DNA from: a virus
Taxonomy: Duplodnaviria; Caudoviricetes
Virus record (IMG/VR): IMGVR_UViG_3300042542_005523
Direction: 5' to 3' (one strand)
Length of the DNA stretch: 64,000 nt
Position numbers and translations under genes: made by a program. Position 1 is the first letter of the stretch. Each line of letters opens with the position of its first letter. Positions 8,487-17,501 of this stretch are shown one piece after another. The notes under the pieces are model-generated. The model did not search any database and was not told the DNA's origin. It was given only the letters and a program-made list of their open reading frames with translations.

Positions 8487-10517
8487 ATGAAATATTCTGA
8501 TACAATAAACGAAAATTATGTCTTCATCCTGGAGAAGCAAGATTTTATTCTTGAATCCAAGAAGACTAATAGTGATGACTATGTTCTAGAAGGCATTGCT
8601 GCTGTATTCCAAAAGGAGAACAACAACAATAGAATCTATACTGAGGGGGATTATCTTCCGCATCTTAGCTATTTGAAGGATAAGATTGCACAAAAAAGAC
8701 TAGTTGGTGAATTAGATCATCCGGAAAAATTTGACGTCTCTCTAAAGAATATTTCTCACATTATAACGGATCTTAATTACGATAAGGATAATAAGACAAT
8801 CAGGATAAAAGTTAAATTACTTGACACCCCAGCAGGACAAATTGCTAAGAAATTAGTAGATGCTGGAGTTCCTATCTCTATTTCATCAAGAGCAGCTGGT
8901 AATGTTGGTCCGGATAAGAAGGTAGAGATCAAGAAGATATTCACATATGATCTTGTTGCCGATCCTGGATTTCAAGACGCTCAATTAGAGAGAGTTTATG
9001 AAAGCGCAGGATTCACCCAATCTGATATTAAGAACTTTACTGATAAATATTCAGTCACATCTGGTCTAGAGTGTATCAATGAAAGTTTCGGTATTAAAAA
9101 TAATTCCAGTGTGAAGATATATAAAGTTGAAAATAACGAGGAATTCGATAAATTGATCAACAATAAAGAAAAAAACAAAAAAGCCCTTATGGAGAAGAAT
9201 AATGAATTTGTAACAGCAGAAGAGCTCAATCAGTATTCCGTTTTCTTGAAAAACGAGATGGATTCGATGAAAATTGCTATGGATACAATTAAGGAACAAA
9301 AGTCGAATATTGACGAGTCTCAAGGAGGAAACACTTCTGAATATTGCAGAATCCTTGAGGGAAGAATTGAGAAACTTGAAAAGTATTCCGATTATATAGC
9401 AGAGAATTTAGAAAATTCTGTTAAATATGGTGAATATCTAGCTGAGAATCTTGACAATTCTATTTCATATTCTAAGTATTTAGCTGAAAACCTTGATAAG
9501 TCTATTGCTTATTCTAAGTATTTAGCTGAGAATGTTGATAAAGGAATTTCTTATACAGAATATATTGCTGAAAATGTTGATAGTTCTATTGAGTATTCTA
9601 AATATATTGCTGAAAAGCTTGATCAGAACATTCAATATTCAGAATATCTAGCTGAAAGCGTAGAAAAGAATATTGACTATTCTGAATACCTTGCAGAAAA
9701 CATAGACGATAATATTCAATATGCTGAATATGTAGCTGAGAATTTAGATAAAGGAATTTCTTATTCTGAATACGTAGCAGAAAATGTTTCTAATAACATT
9801 AGCTATTCTGAATATATAGGAGAGAATTTAAACAAGTCTATCACATATAGCGAGTATCTAGCAGAAAGCTTGAATAAGACTATCGACGTAACGGAAAAAA
9901 TTAATGAAAAGGTTAAAACCAACATTAGTTATTCTGAGTATATCGCAGAATCTTTAAATGATGAGTTTGGTAACAAGAACCAAGCACAAGCTCTTAAAGA
10001 GTCTATAAGCTTCACAACAAGAACATCAGCTGAAACTACAGGTTTTGCTGGAAGCTACGATGACTTAAGTTCTAAAATTGACAATTTAATTGAGAAGGTT
10101 AAAACCCAAAAAACCGAAATCAACGAAGCAGCTAAAACTGCATATACACCTGCCGAAACACAAAAGGCGACATCACTACTTACCGAATCTTTGAATGACG
10201 AGAAAGTGTTTAACACCGGAATTAAATTCATTGACGAAATGCCAACTGAGTATGCTCAGGTATGGGAATCACTTAACGAAGGATACAAGCAATCTATTGT
10301 TGCTCAGTCTAACTTCTATAAGCTAGATACACCTTACCAAATCAGAAATTTCTGGTCTACCCGTCAATTAGGCGTTTCTCCTATTGGACTTCAAAAATTA
10401 GACGAGAGTGAAAACACATCCGATGAAAGAAATCAAGCTCAAAATCCAGGTTACAGCAATGCTTACATGGATATGATCGCTAGATCTCTAGAATCAAGAT
10501 TTCAAACAAACAAATAA
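8487..10517 (+). CDS. gp21: prohead protease (T4 gp21-like) fused to scaffold/core domain (gp22-like)
   Basis: LEGIAAVF...NNNNRIY, GELDHP (catalytic His), ISSRAAG (catalytic Ser), YDLVADPGF..A; followed by coiled-coil repeats; lies immediately upstream of the MCP. Confidence 0.9.
   Translation: MKYSDTINENYVFILEKQDFILESKKTNSDDYVLEGIAAVFQKENNNNRIYTEGDYLPHLSYLKDKIAQKRLVGELDHPEKFDVSLKNISHIITDLNYDKDNKTIRIKVKLLDTPAGQIAKKLVDAGVPISISSRAAGNVGPDKKVEIKKIFTYDLVADPGFQDAQLERVYESAGFTQSDIKNFTDKYSVTSGLECINESFGIKNNSSVKIYKVENNEEFDKLINNKEKNKKALMEKNNEFVTAEELNQYSVFLKNEMDSMKIAMDTIKEQKSNIDESQGGNTSEYCRILEGRIEKLEKYSDYIAENLENSVKYGEYLAENLDNSISYSKYLAENLDKSIAYSKYLAENVDKGISYTEYIAENVDSSIEYSKYIAEKLDQNIQYSEYLAESVEKNIDYSEYLAENIDDNIQYAEYVAENLDKGISYSEYVAENVSNNISYSEYIGENLNKSITYSEYLAESLNKTIDVTEKINEKVKTNISYSEYIAESLNDEFGNKNQAQALKESISFTTRTSAETTGFAGSYDDLSSKIDNLIEKVKTQKTEINEAAKTAYTPAETQKATSLLTESLNDEKVFNTGIKFIDEMPTEYAQVWESLNEGYKQSIVAQSNFYKLDTPYQIRNFWSTRQLGVSPIGLQKLDESENTSDERNQAQNPGYSNAYMDMIARSLESRFQTNK
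9384..9971 (+). repeat. 14 tandem 42-bp (14-aa) coding repeats, consensus YSEY(L/I/V)AEN(L/V)D.(S/N)I.
   Basis: First unit YSDYIAENLENSVK at 9384, 14th unit YSEYIAESLNDEFG at 9930 (13 x 42 bp later); unit 13 is degenerate (VTEKINEKVKTNIS). Confidence 0.95.
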
Positions 10518-10533
10518 AAAATAATTTCTAATC

Positions 10534-12279
10534 ATGAAACTAATTAATGAACAAGAAATCTATGATACCTGGTCGCCTCTAATTGAGAGCAAAGCTGGTA
10601 TCACTGATTCAAACAAAAAATCGTGGTTGACTAAGTATTGTCACTACCACTCATTGAACGAATCTGCCGGTGCTTATAACACTCTAGGTGTAGTAAACGG
10701 TATGGGTAACGTAGCGCCTCCTGCATACCCAGGAATGTCTTCATTCGCTGGTTCTAACGCAGGTGGAAACAACTTCGGTGCTAACCAAGGATTCTACAAT
10801 GCTTCTAACAACGGATCTGGTGACAAATTCCCATCTCTTCTTCCATTGGCTATCCAAGTGGCTGCTAAGACTGTTGGATTTGATATCGTTCCTGTTATTC
10901 CAATGTCTGGACCAACTGGTATTTTGTCTTACCTAGACTACGTATACGCTGGTGGTAAACTTGCTGGTGCTACAGCTTCTGGATCTAATGCTGCTGCTGA
11001 AGACCTAGCTGATGCTCCAACAATGATCAAGTTCCCAGTTTATCAGTCAACTGCTGGTACTGGTACTACTGGTGCTACTGCTGGTACATTTGACGTTGGT
11101 ACTGAATATACTGTAACTAATGGTGGCGGTGCTTTGACTTTGATCTTCGTTGGTCTATCAAGAATCGATGGTTTCCCAATCTTTAGAATTTCTGCTATCA
11201 CTGGTGGTTATAACGTTGCTTCTATTATCAACGGTACTCCTGTTAACGTGGTAACTAGCGGTTTCTATACCGGTACATCTGCAAATGGTGGTAACTTCAC
11301 TGCACAATTGGTTAAAGCTCTTGAAGATCACATCCAAGGTTTCTCTGGTGCTGGTTTCAACAACAACCAGGACTGGCAAGGTCCTTACGTTGATGGTACT
11401 AAGACTTACAACCCAATGTTGAGAGGAGTAGCTGAATCTACTTACTACAACTCAATGGGTCTAAGCACCTTCACTAAGTTCGTAGAAGCTGAAACTTTCC
11501 AAGTAGCTGCTTCTGTAACTACGGAGCAAATCCAAGATTTGAACAAGCAATTTGGTATTGACGTTATCTCTATGATCGAGAATGCACTTGTTAACGAGGT
11601 TTCTCAAGCTATTAACAAGCACATCCTTTCTAGAGCATTTGCACTAGGTTGGTCTAACCACACCCAGTTCAATAACGTTCAAAATCAAAACTTGAACTTG
11701 AACTTGATCCTTGGTGGTGGAACTGGTACAACTAGCGCTTACATCAATAAATCTGATGCTAACGTGACTATGCCAATCCCAGCTGGTCCATCTACTTCAA
11801 GCTACGAGAACTTGTCAACTTTACAAAGAAGACTGTACTCTAGAATTCTAGCTGCTGCTAACGTGGTTGCTAACCAAGGTAGAAGAGGTCCTGCTAACTT
11901 CCTTGTAACTAACGCTGCTATCGCTTCTGCGTTACAAGATATTAGCCAGTTCACTTTCGCTCCGTTCACAAACACTCTAACTCAAAACAACGGTACTCTT
12001 TACCCAGTTGGTTCTCTAGCTGGTATGACCGTTTACGTAGATCAGAACATGAACTACAACGACACTAGAGTTTGTGTTGGTAGAAAAGGTGGTGACGATG
12101 AGCCAGGTTTGAAATTCATGCCTTACATGATGGCTGAGTCTATCCAAACCATCTCTGAAGGTACAATGTCTCCGAAGATCGCAGTTAAGTCTAGATACGC
12201 TCTAGTTGAGGCTGGTATGCTTCCAGAGACCCTGTATTTCACTTTCTTCGTACAGCTTCCAGCTGGTGGAATCGTTTAA
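10534..12279 (+). CDS. gp23: major capsid protein, T4 gp23 family
   Basis: W.PLIES, DIVPVIPMSGPTG, EINK-like AINKHIL, RRGPANF, GLKFMPY and PKIAVKSRYAL; strong codon bias (GCT, GGT, AAC, TTC); followed by a terminator. Confidence 0.95.
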   Translation: MKLINEQEIYDTWSPLIESKAGITDSNKKSWLTKYCHYHSLNESAGAYNTLGVVNGMGNVAPPAYPGMSSFAGSNAGGNNFGANQGFYNASNNGSGDKFPSLLPLAIQVAAKTVGFDIVPVIPMSGPTGILSYLDYVYAGGKLAGATASGSNAAAEDLADAPTMIKFPVYQSTAGTGTTGATAGTFDVGTEYTVTNGGGALTLIFVGLSRIDGFPIFRISAITGGYNVASIINGTPVNVVTSGFYTGTSANGGNFTAQLVKALEDHIQGFSGAGFNNNQDWQGPYVDGTKTYNPMLRGVAESTYYNSMGLSTFTKFVEAETFQVAASVTTEQIQDLNKQFGIDVISMIENALVNEVSQAINKHILSRAFALGWSNHTQFNNVQNQNLNLNLILGGGTGTTSAYINKSDANVTMPIPAGPSTSSYENLSTLQRRLYSRILAAANVVANQGRRGPANFLVTNAAIASALQDISQFTFAPFTNTLTQNNGTLYPVGSLAGMTVYVDQNMNYNDTRVCVGRKGGDDEPGLKFMPYMMAESIQTISEGTMSPKIAVKSRYALVEAGMLPETLYFTFFVQLPAGGIV

Positions 12280-12308
12280 TCCTAGTCTAATCTAGAAATA
12301 AACATAGC

Positions 12309-12341
12309 AAAAACCCTAAGGAAACTTAGGGTTTTTCTTTT
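12309..12341 (+). terminator. rho-independent terminator after MCP
   Basis: AAAACCCTAAG-GAAA-CTTAGGGTTTT perfect stem followed by TCTTTT. Confidence 0.9.
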
Positions 12342-12377
12342 GCCCTAATTTTTTTGCTTCTTTATTTTAAGATTAGT

Positions 12378-12385
12378 GATATATA
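12378..12385 (+). promoter_or_regulatory. putative late promoter GATATATA
   Basis: Between the MCP terminator and ATG 12407, where transcription must restart. Confidence 0.75.
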
Positions 12386-12406
12386 GACTGAAATTAAAAT
12401 ATCAAT

Positions 12407-13546
12407 ATGAGTAGATTTGCAAAATTTTCAGAATTTAAAAACATCAAGCCTCTATTAGAAAAAGCTAACAGTGAGGATATGATAGAAGTTAATTACATCA
12501 TTTCCGAGCTAGATAACGATTCTATCATAGAAGAGGGGTTTTTAGATGATCTTAAAACTGGGGCATCTAAAATTCTATTCGGATCATTCTCCAAAGCGGG
12601 TATGATCGATGACCTTAGAAAAAAATTGTTGGATCTTGAGATAAAATTCTACGATACAAAATTTGAATTATCAGATGAAATCGATAATCTAGAAGACGAG
12701 CTTGCTAAAGCATCTAAAGAAAAGAATGATTCAATGTCTTCTGCATTAAAGAAGCAGCTCGATGCTAAGAATCAGGAAAAAACAGCTTTAGTGGGATCTC
12801 ATAAAGCCAATGTTAAAAGAGTTTATGATCTATTGGATAAATTGATTACAAAAAGTTCAAGATTGAGAGAATACTGGGAAACAACAAGAGCAGAGGACGA
12901 GTATAAATTAGAACAGGCTAAATACCAAGTTCTTAAGAATAGATCTGCTGACGCTGAAAGACTATCTAAGCAGAAATTAGAGATAGAGAAGGCAAAGAAA
13001 GATGCGGAAGAAGCTGCTGAAAAGTTCAAAGCGGAGCTAGCTAAGGGTTCTAAAAAGGATGATAAACCAAAGTCTTCCGGAATAGATTCAGAGAGGGAAG
13101 GTAAGATAATAAAATCTGGGAAGACAAAGAGCATAATACAGAGAAAAAAAGACATCGGGATAGAGATCGCGAATCTTAAGGCTGATTTAGAGGAAATCCT
13201 CGAGAAGGCTAGGAAAAAAATAATAAAAGGTCAAGCATCTGAAAACATTATTAAAAAGTTTCAGCGGGATGCTATTGAGATTGCTGTAATTCTAGACTCT
13301 AAAATTAGCCTACTTAATCTATATAAGGAGATGGGTAAGAACGAGGAAGAGATCAGAAGAAATGCATCGAAATCCTCAAAGATTAAAGACTTAACAGATA
13401 AAATAAACAAAGCTACATCATCACAAGGTGGAACGACAGGAGCAGCTCAGAAAACTGTACAAGATGCTTTTACAGGAACTCCAAGTTCTTCTAAAATAGA
13501 CAAGGCCACCAGCGATCTAGATTCGTTTTCTATCGTAGTATATTGA
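12407..13546 (+). CDS. coiled-coil putative internal head protein
   Basis: Lys/Glu-rich helical sequence; N-terminus MSRFAKFSEFKNIKPLLE; GATATATA box upstream; shares RL..YWE motif with the next gene. Confidence 0.55.
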   Translation: MSRFAKFSEFKNIKPLLEKANSEDMIEVNYIISELDNDSIIEEGFLDDLKTGASKILFGSFSKAGMIDDLRKKLLDLEIKFYDTKFELSDEIDNLEDELAKASKEKNDSMSSALKKQLDAKNQEKTALVGSHKANVKRVYDLLDKLITKSSRLREYWETTRAEDEYKLEQAKYQVLKNRSADAERLSKQKLEIEKAKKDAEEAAEKFKAELAKGSKKDDKPKSSGIDSEREGKIIKSGKTKSIIQRKKDIGIEIANLKADLEEILEKARKKIIKGQASENIIKKFQRDAIEIAVILDSKISLLNLYKEMGKNEEEIRRNASKSSKIKDLTDKINKATSSQGGTTGAAQKTVQDAFTGTPSSSKIDKATSDLDSFSIVVY

Positions 13547-13558
13547 CAACTAAAGAGT

Positions 13559-14428
13559 ATGATTTTAAAATTTGAACAATGGAACCAATTGAACGAAGCA
13601 AGTGTATTGACTTCGATCAAAAATTGGCTAAGCGGTAACTTCGGCGGTGCCGTTGAAAAACTAGATAGCCTTATCCTGGCAATTAAAAAAGCGGAAACCG
13701 GGTACATAGGGGAGTGGGAAGACGTAGTCTCTGAGATCGACCAACTTGAAATCAAACTCCAAGGAGATGTTGATGCTGCTCAGGAAAAGTCCACTTTAAG
13801 AATGATAGAGAGAAAGAAGCAAATTCTAAGTGCAATAAAGAAAAAGAAGGAGAAGGAATTAGAAAACATATTCAGAAAAGTAGAAGTCATCAAGAAGGGA
13901 AACAAGAGGCTTTCAGATTACTGGGAAAAAGAGAAAGCACAGGCAGATGCAGACATAGCTAAAAGAATGTATGATATAGCTAAATCATTGGGTGACGATG
14001 AGATGGCTTCTGATCTCTATGACAAATATAAGAAATTTCTAGATAAATCAACAAGATTGGAAAGTGTTCTTTCTAAAAAATACAAAGGTAAACTTGGTAA
14101 GCTTTCTGATAAGGAAGAGGAGTTAGAAAAGAGCGAGAGCTCACTTTCTAAGCTTTCTAAAAAACCACTAGGTGAATTTTCAGATAGCGTTAAGGACTTA
14201 GATCCAAAGGAAGCTAGAGAGCTAATGAAAATATGCACGGAAGAAAGAAACAGACTTTATGTTGATATGGATCTTGAGGTCTCTAGAATAGAAGAGGAAA
14301 TAAAAAAGAAAAAGGATAGAGACTTTGAGATTGAAGCGGAAAGAAATATAAAAAAGATCAAAGAAAAATATCTTGAAAAAATCAGGGAGTTTAGATCTAA
14401 AATAACTTTAGCTAAAAGGTACTCTTAA
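13559..14428 (+). CDS. coiled-coil putative internal head protein, paralog of 12407
   Basis: N-terminus MILKFEQWNQLNEA; RLSDYWEKEKAQAD vs RLREYWETTRAEDE in the upstream gene. Confidence 0.55.
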   Translation: MILKFEQWNQLNEASVLTSIKNWLSGNFGGAVEKLDSLILAIKKAETGYIGEWEDVVSEIDQLEIKLQGDVDAAQEKSTLRMIERKKQILSAIKKKKEKELENIFRKVEVIKKGNKRLSDYWEKEKAQADADIAKRMYDIAKSLGDDEMASDLYDKYKKFLDKSTRLESVLSKKYKGKLGKLSDKEEELEKSESSLSKLSKKPLGEFSDSVKDLDPKEARELMKICTEERNRLYVDMDLEVSRIEEEIKKKKDRDFEIEAERNIKKIKEKYLEKIREFRSKITLAKRYS

Positions 14429-14441
14429 AAAATTAATCCAG

Positions 14442-16877
14442 ATGAAAGAATATTACAAATATAATCCTATAGCCAGACAGATCTTTGAAGCTGAAGCGAA
14501 TAAGGCGGGTGACGGAAAAAAGACTGTCTTGGATTTCGTAACAAGGGTTGTTGCTAATACTATGGATGTATTTAAGTCCATTGTCTTTGATATTGCTTCT
14601 TCAAATGATAGAAATCCTGATGTTCTAAGAAATAAGCTTTATGATATTTCTAAATCAGGATCACTCTCTGAGCTCGTTTCAAAACTAAAGGATTACTCGG
14701 AGGACGCGAATCTTTCCAGCAGGTTGCTATCAGACACGAAGGCAATGTATAGGGAATCGCTCGATAAATTTTGCGATGTGTTACACAGAATAGATGAGAT
14801 ATCCGCAGATAAAGGTAGGGATGCCCTACAGGAATTTAAGAGCTATTGCTCTTCTATACAAAGATCCGTTGATGTCTTGGCTAATGTTAAATTAAAGAAG
14901 ATAGAGGAAACTAAGAAACTTCTTAATGAGAGCATTTTTATGGGTTATGGTGAAAGAATAGAGAATCTTAAAAAGATACTTTACAACCTTATTTCTAGTT
15001 GCGACGGCAAAAATCAAAAAATGGGATATGGTAAAGATTGGAGAAGAGTATTCATAGATCTGGATCAAAAGTTGGACGTCCTTGAAGCTACCAGAAACGG
15101 TATAAGCGAAAGAGACAGAAAACACCTGGAGGATTTGGAGAAGCAGATTGAGAAGTATATGAACGAGTATTATTCTGCTGTTATACAATCCACTAATAGA
15201 AGTATGTCTGAAATAGATCAGGAGCCAGAATTAGCTAAATATTATTCTGATGCAACGGAGATATGTTCGGATGCTCTAGATATTCTAACCCGTGCTAAAA
15301 CTCAGTATTTGGAGACCATGAAATCTTTAAGAGAAGAGATAGCTGAAAACGAAGCAGAGGTGGTTAAGTTTGTTTTTCCTATCAAGCTCGGCGATTCTGA
15401 TGAAAACAAAAGATTTGCTGGTACAGGACTTATAGCTCATATACAGGATGCTTTAGCAGATGGCATACCTAGTTCTTCTTCTGCTCTTAAAAGCAGTGGA
15501 GAAAAGGGTACATTTGGACAGAAGACAGAGTCTGTTATTAAAGCCATCCAGAAAAATATGGGCAATAAGAACATAGACGGTAAAATGGATAAAGCTTTAC
15601 TAGATTCAATACTTGTATCAGATTTTATATCTAAAAAACACAAGGATCAAATAATAAATGATCTCAGAGCTCTAAAGAAACCTCTAAAGGAATCTATTCT
15701 TTCTTTTGTTTACGGTGATCCAATTTTCGAAGAAAAAATAGTGATAGACAAGGAAAGCTTTTCCAAGGATCTAGAATCTTATCTAACTGACGACAAGGGA
15801 AAAAATAATTCCCAAAAAATGTCACAGAAAGAAAAGGATGCTTTTGACACTGATGATCTTGCTAAGAAATTGAGAAAGCACTATGACCTTAAGGTTGAAT
15901 CTGACGATTTTAAAAGAGAGGACGGTAATTTTAGATCCTCTTATTCTGGACCTTTTATAGAAGCTTGGAATCAAGCTGTAACTGAGGTTGGTGAAAATAC
16001 AGATTATCAATATTTCTTCTGGGAGGGTGGAGCATATGCTATAGATTCTGACAAAACGAGTCTTAAGACACCGTCAAATTGGAAATCGTGGGCTGAAGCT
16101 AGACAACTTAGAATGATGTCAGATGATGACTGTATGGATTTTGTTTCAAGTTATCTGGAAAACTGGGGCACGTTTGGAATGACGAGACCTAACTTTAGAT
16201 CTGCGTCAATCAAGAGCTTGTATAAGAAAAATGCAGATCTTGATCTTGATTTTCCTGGCGTTTATGAGATGGTTTCTCAGATCCTTAAAAACTCTGAAAT
16301 ACCGTACATACCATTCGATCTTTTAACTAAGAAGATTGGCAAAGCAGTAAAAGAAATGTCCCAAATTGGCGAAAGCAATCCCGATCTCGGAGCCTCTGAT
16401 ATTGTTGTCCTTAATAATCTTCTCTGCATGATTGCTAACACGGTTACATTCGATGGTGATAGATTCATAAGCTCTATTAAGTGGATTTATGAAAACGTTT
16501 TGACCCCAAATGTATCTAAAAGAATAGCAGGTGATAGCATATTATCTAACAAATCTGAATCAGAAAAGAACGGATTTATGTTAGAATATGAAGGATCCAC
16601 TATGAAAGTTAAGTCAACATCAGAGATAATCAACAAGGACGAGACAATAGATCAGTACAAGGATATAGATGATGGATTAGAGGGATGGGGAAGCCTTTCT
16701 AAAATGTCTAAGAGTAGTTCATCTCCTATCAAGTGTGCTTTTGGTAATAGTGTATATTTTATAGCATCCAGAGTTTATCCAAGCATAAAGATACACGTGA
16801 AAAGAATGAATTCAACAGACTTTGCTCAAATGCCTCAGGAGGATAAGAGCAGATGTTATAATGTAAAGAATTCTTAA
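14442..16877 (+). CDS. 811-aa protein with internal peptidoglycan-binding domain (PG_binding_1-like)
   Basis: IKLGDS...IAHIQDAL...KGTFGQKTESVIKAIQKNMGNKNIDGKMDKALL fits the PGBD pattern LQ..L....G.FG..T..AV..FQ...G...DG. Confidence 0.65.
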   Translation: MKEYYKYNPIARQIFEAEANKAGDGKKTVLDFVTRVVANTMDVFKSIVFDIASSNDRNPDVLRNKLYDISKSGSLSELVSKLKDYSEDANLSSRLLSDTKAMYRESLDKFCDVLHRIDEISADKGRDALQEFKSYCSSIQRSVDVLANVKLKKIEETKKLLNESIFMGYGERIENLKKILYNLISSCDGKNQKMGYGKDWRRVFIDLDQKLDVLEATRNGISERDRKHLEDLEKQIEKYMNEYYSAVIQSTNRSMSEIDQEPELAKYYSDATEICSDALDILTRAKTQYLETMKSLREEIAENEAEVVKFVFPIKLGDSDENKRFAGTGLIAHIQDALADGIPSSSSALKSSGEKGTFGQKTESVIKAIQKNMGNKNIDGKMDKALLDSILVSDFISKKHKDQIINDLRALKKPLKESILSFVYGDPIFEEKIVIDKESFSKDLESYLTDDKGKNNSQKMSQKEKDAFDTDDLAKKLRKHYDLKVESDDFKREDGNFRSSYSGPFIEAWNQAVTEVGENTDYQYFFWEGGAYAIDSDKTSLKTPSNWKSWAEARQLRMMSDDDCMDFVSSYLENWGTFGMTRPNFRSASIKSLYKKNADLDLDFPGVYEMVSQILKNSEIPYIPFDLLTKKIGKAVKEMSQIGESNPDLGASDIVVLNNLLCMIANTVTFDGDRFISSIKWIYENVLTPNVSKRIAGDSILSNKSESEKNGFMLEYEGSTMKVKSTSEIINKDETIDQYKDIDDGLEGWGSLSKMSKSSSSPIKCAFGNSVYFIASRVYPSIKIHVKRMNSTDFAQMPQEDKSRCYNVKNS

Positions 16878-16892
16878 TTTCAATTATTTTAC

Positions 16893-16921
16893 GAAAACAA
16901 AACTCATTTTGATGATATAAT
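16893..16921 (+). promoter_or_regulatory. putative early/middle promoter GAAAAC-N17-TATAAT
   Basis: Upstream of the dNMP kinase + asnB pair. Confidence 0.55.
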
Positions 16922-16925
16922 CTTC

Positions 16926-17501
16926 ATGATTATCATATTTGAGGGTTGCAGAAATTCCGGTAAAACATTTCTCAGTAAACAGATATCTGAGGATTTGTAC
17001 ATACCTAGATTCCAATTTGATTTTGTTGAATACTTTAACGGGCTTAATCTAGAAAGCAAAGAAAGCGAATCCGCTCACTCTTTTTCTATGGGCAAGGATT
17101 TAATGTTAATGCAATTAAATCGGGATGGCTTCATACAGGATGATGTTATCATAGATCGTGGATTTCTCACAGTTCTTTCTTGGGGATTGCTAGAGAAAAG
17201 AATAGATCTACCTACTTCAAGGAAGCATCTTGGTCTTTTAAACTCTAATGGCTTAACGAAGGATATTCACATCATTTACATAGAGGGTGATAACCCCGAC
17301 CAATCGGATAGAAATAAGGATATGTGGGATGACGTAGAGAAAACAAACAGTGAGAAGTTTGCTTATGAATTTATACTCCATCAGATATCTTCTGAACACA
17401 CTGACATAAAAGTAACAAGATTCAGAAACGAATTTAATGAACAATCAATACACGATTTAGCAAAAATTATAAAGAATGTGCGGAATAATACTAGCAACTG
17501 A
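16926..17501 (+). CDS. thymidylate-kinase-like P-loop dNMP kinase
   Basis: IIFEGCRNSGKT P-loop and IIDRGF (TMK DR motif). Confidence 0.75.
   Translation: MIIIFEGCRNSGKTFLSKQISEDLYIPRFQFDFVEYFNGLNLESKESESAHSFSMGKDLMLMQLNRDGFIQDDVIIDRGFLTVLSWGLLEKRIDLPTSRKHLGLLNSNGLTKDIHIIYIEGDNPDQSDRNKDMWDDVEKTNSEKFAYEFILHQISSEHTDIKVTRFRNEFNEQSIHDLAKIIKNVRNNTSN

Noticed and set aside
9384-9971. 42-bp periodic repeats as a CRISPR array
   Set aside because: No constant repeat/unique spacer alternation. Units are conserved at the amino-acid level, vary at third positions and lie in frame within the protease gene.
10534-12279. Eukaryotic giant virus or bacterial chromosome origin
   Set aside because: gp23, gp21, gp13, gp25, gp6, gp53 and gp5 homologs in operons with rho-independent terminators identify a T4-like tailed phage.
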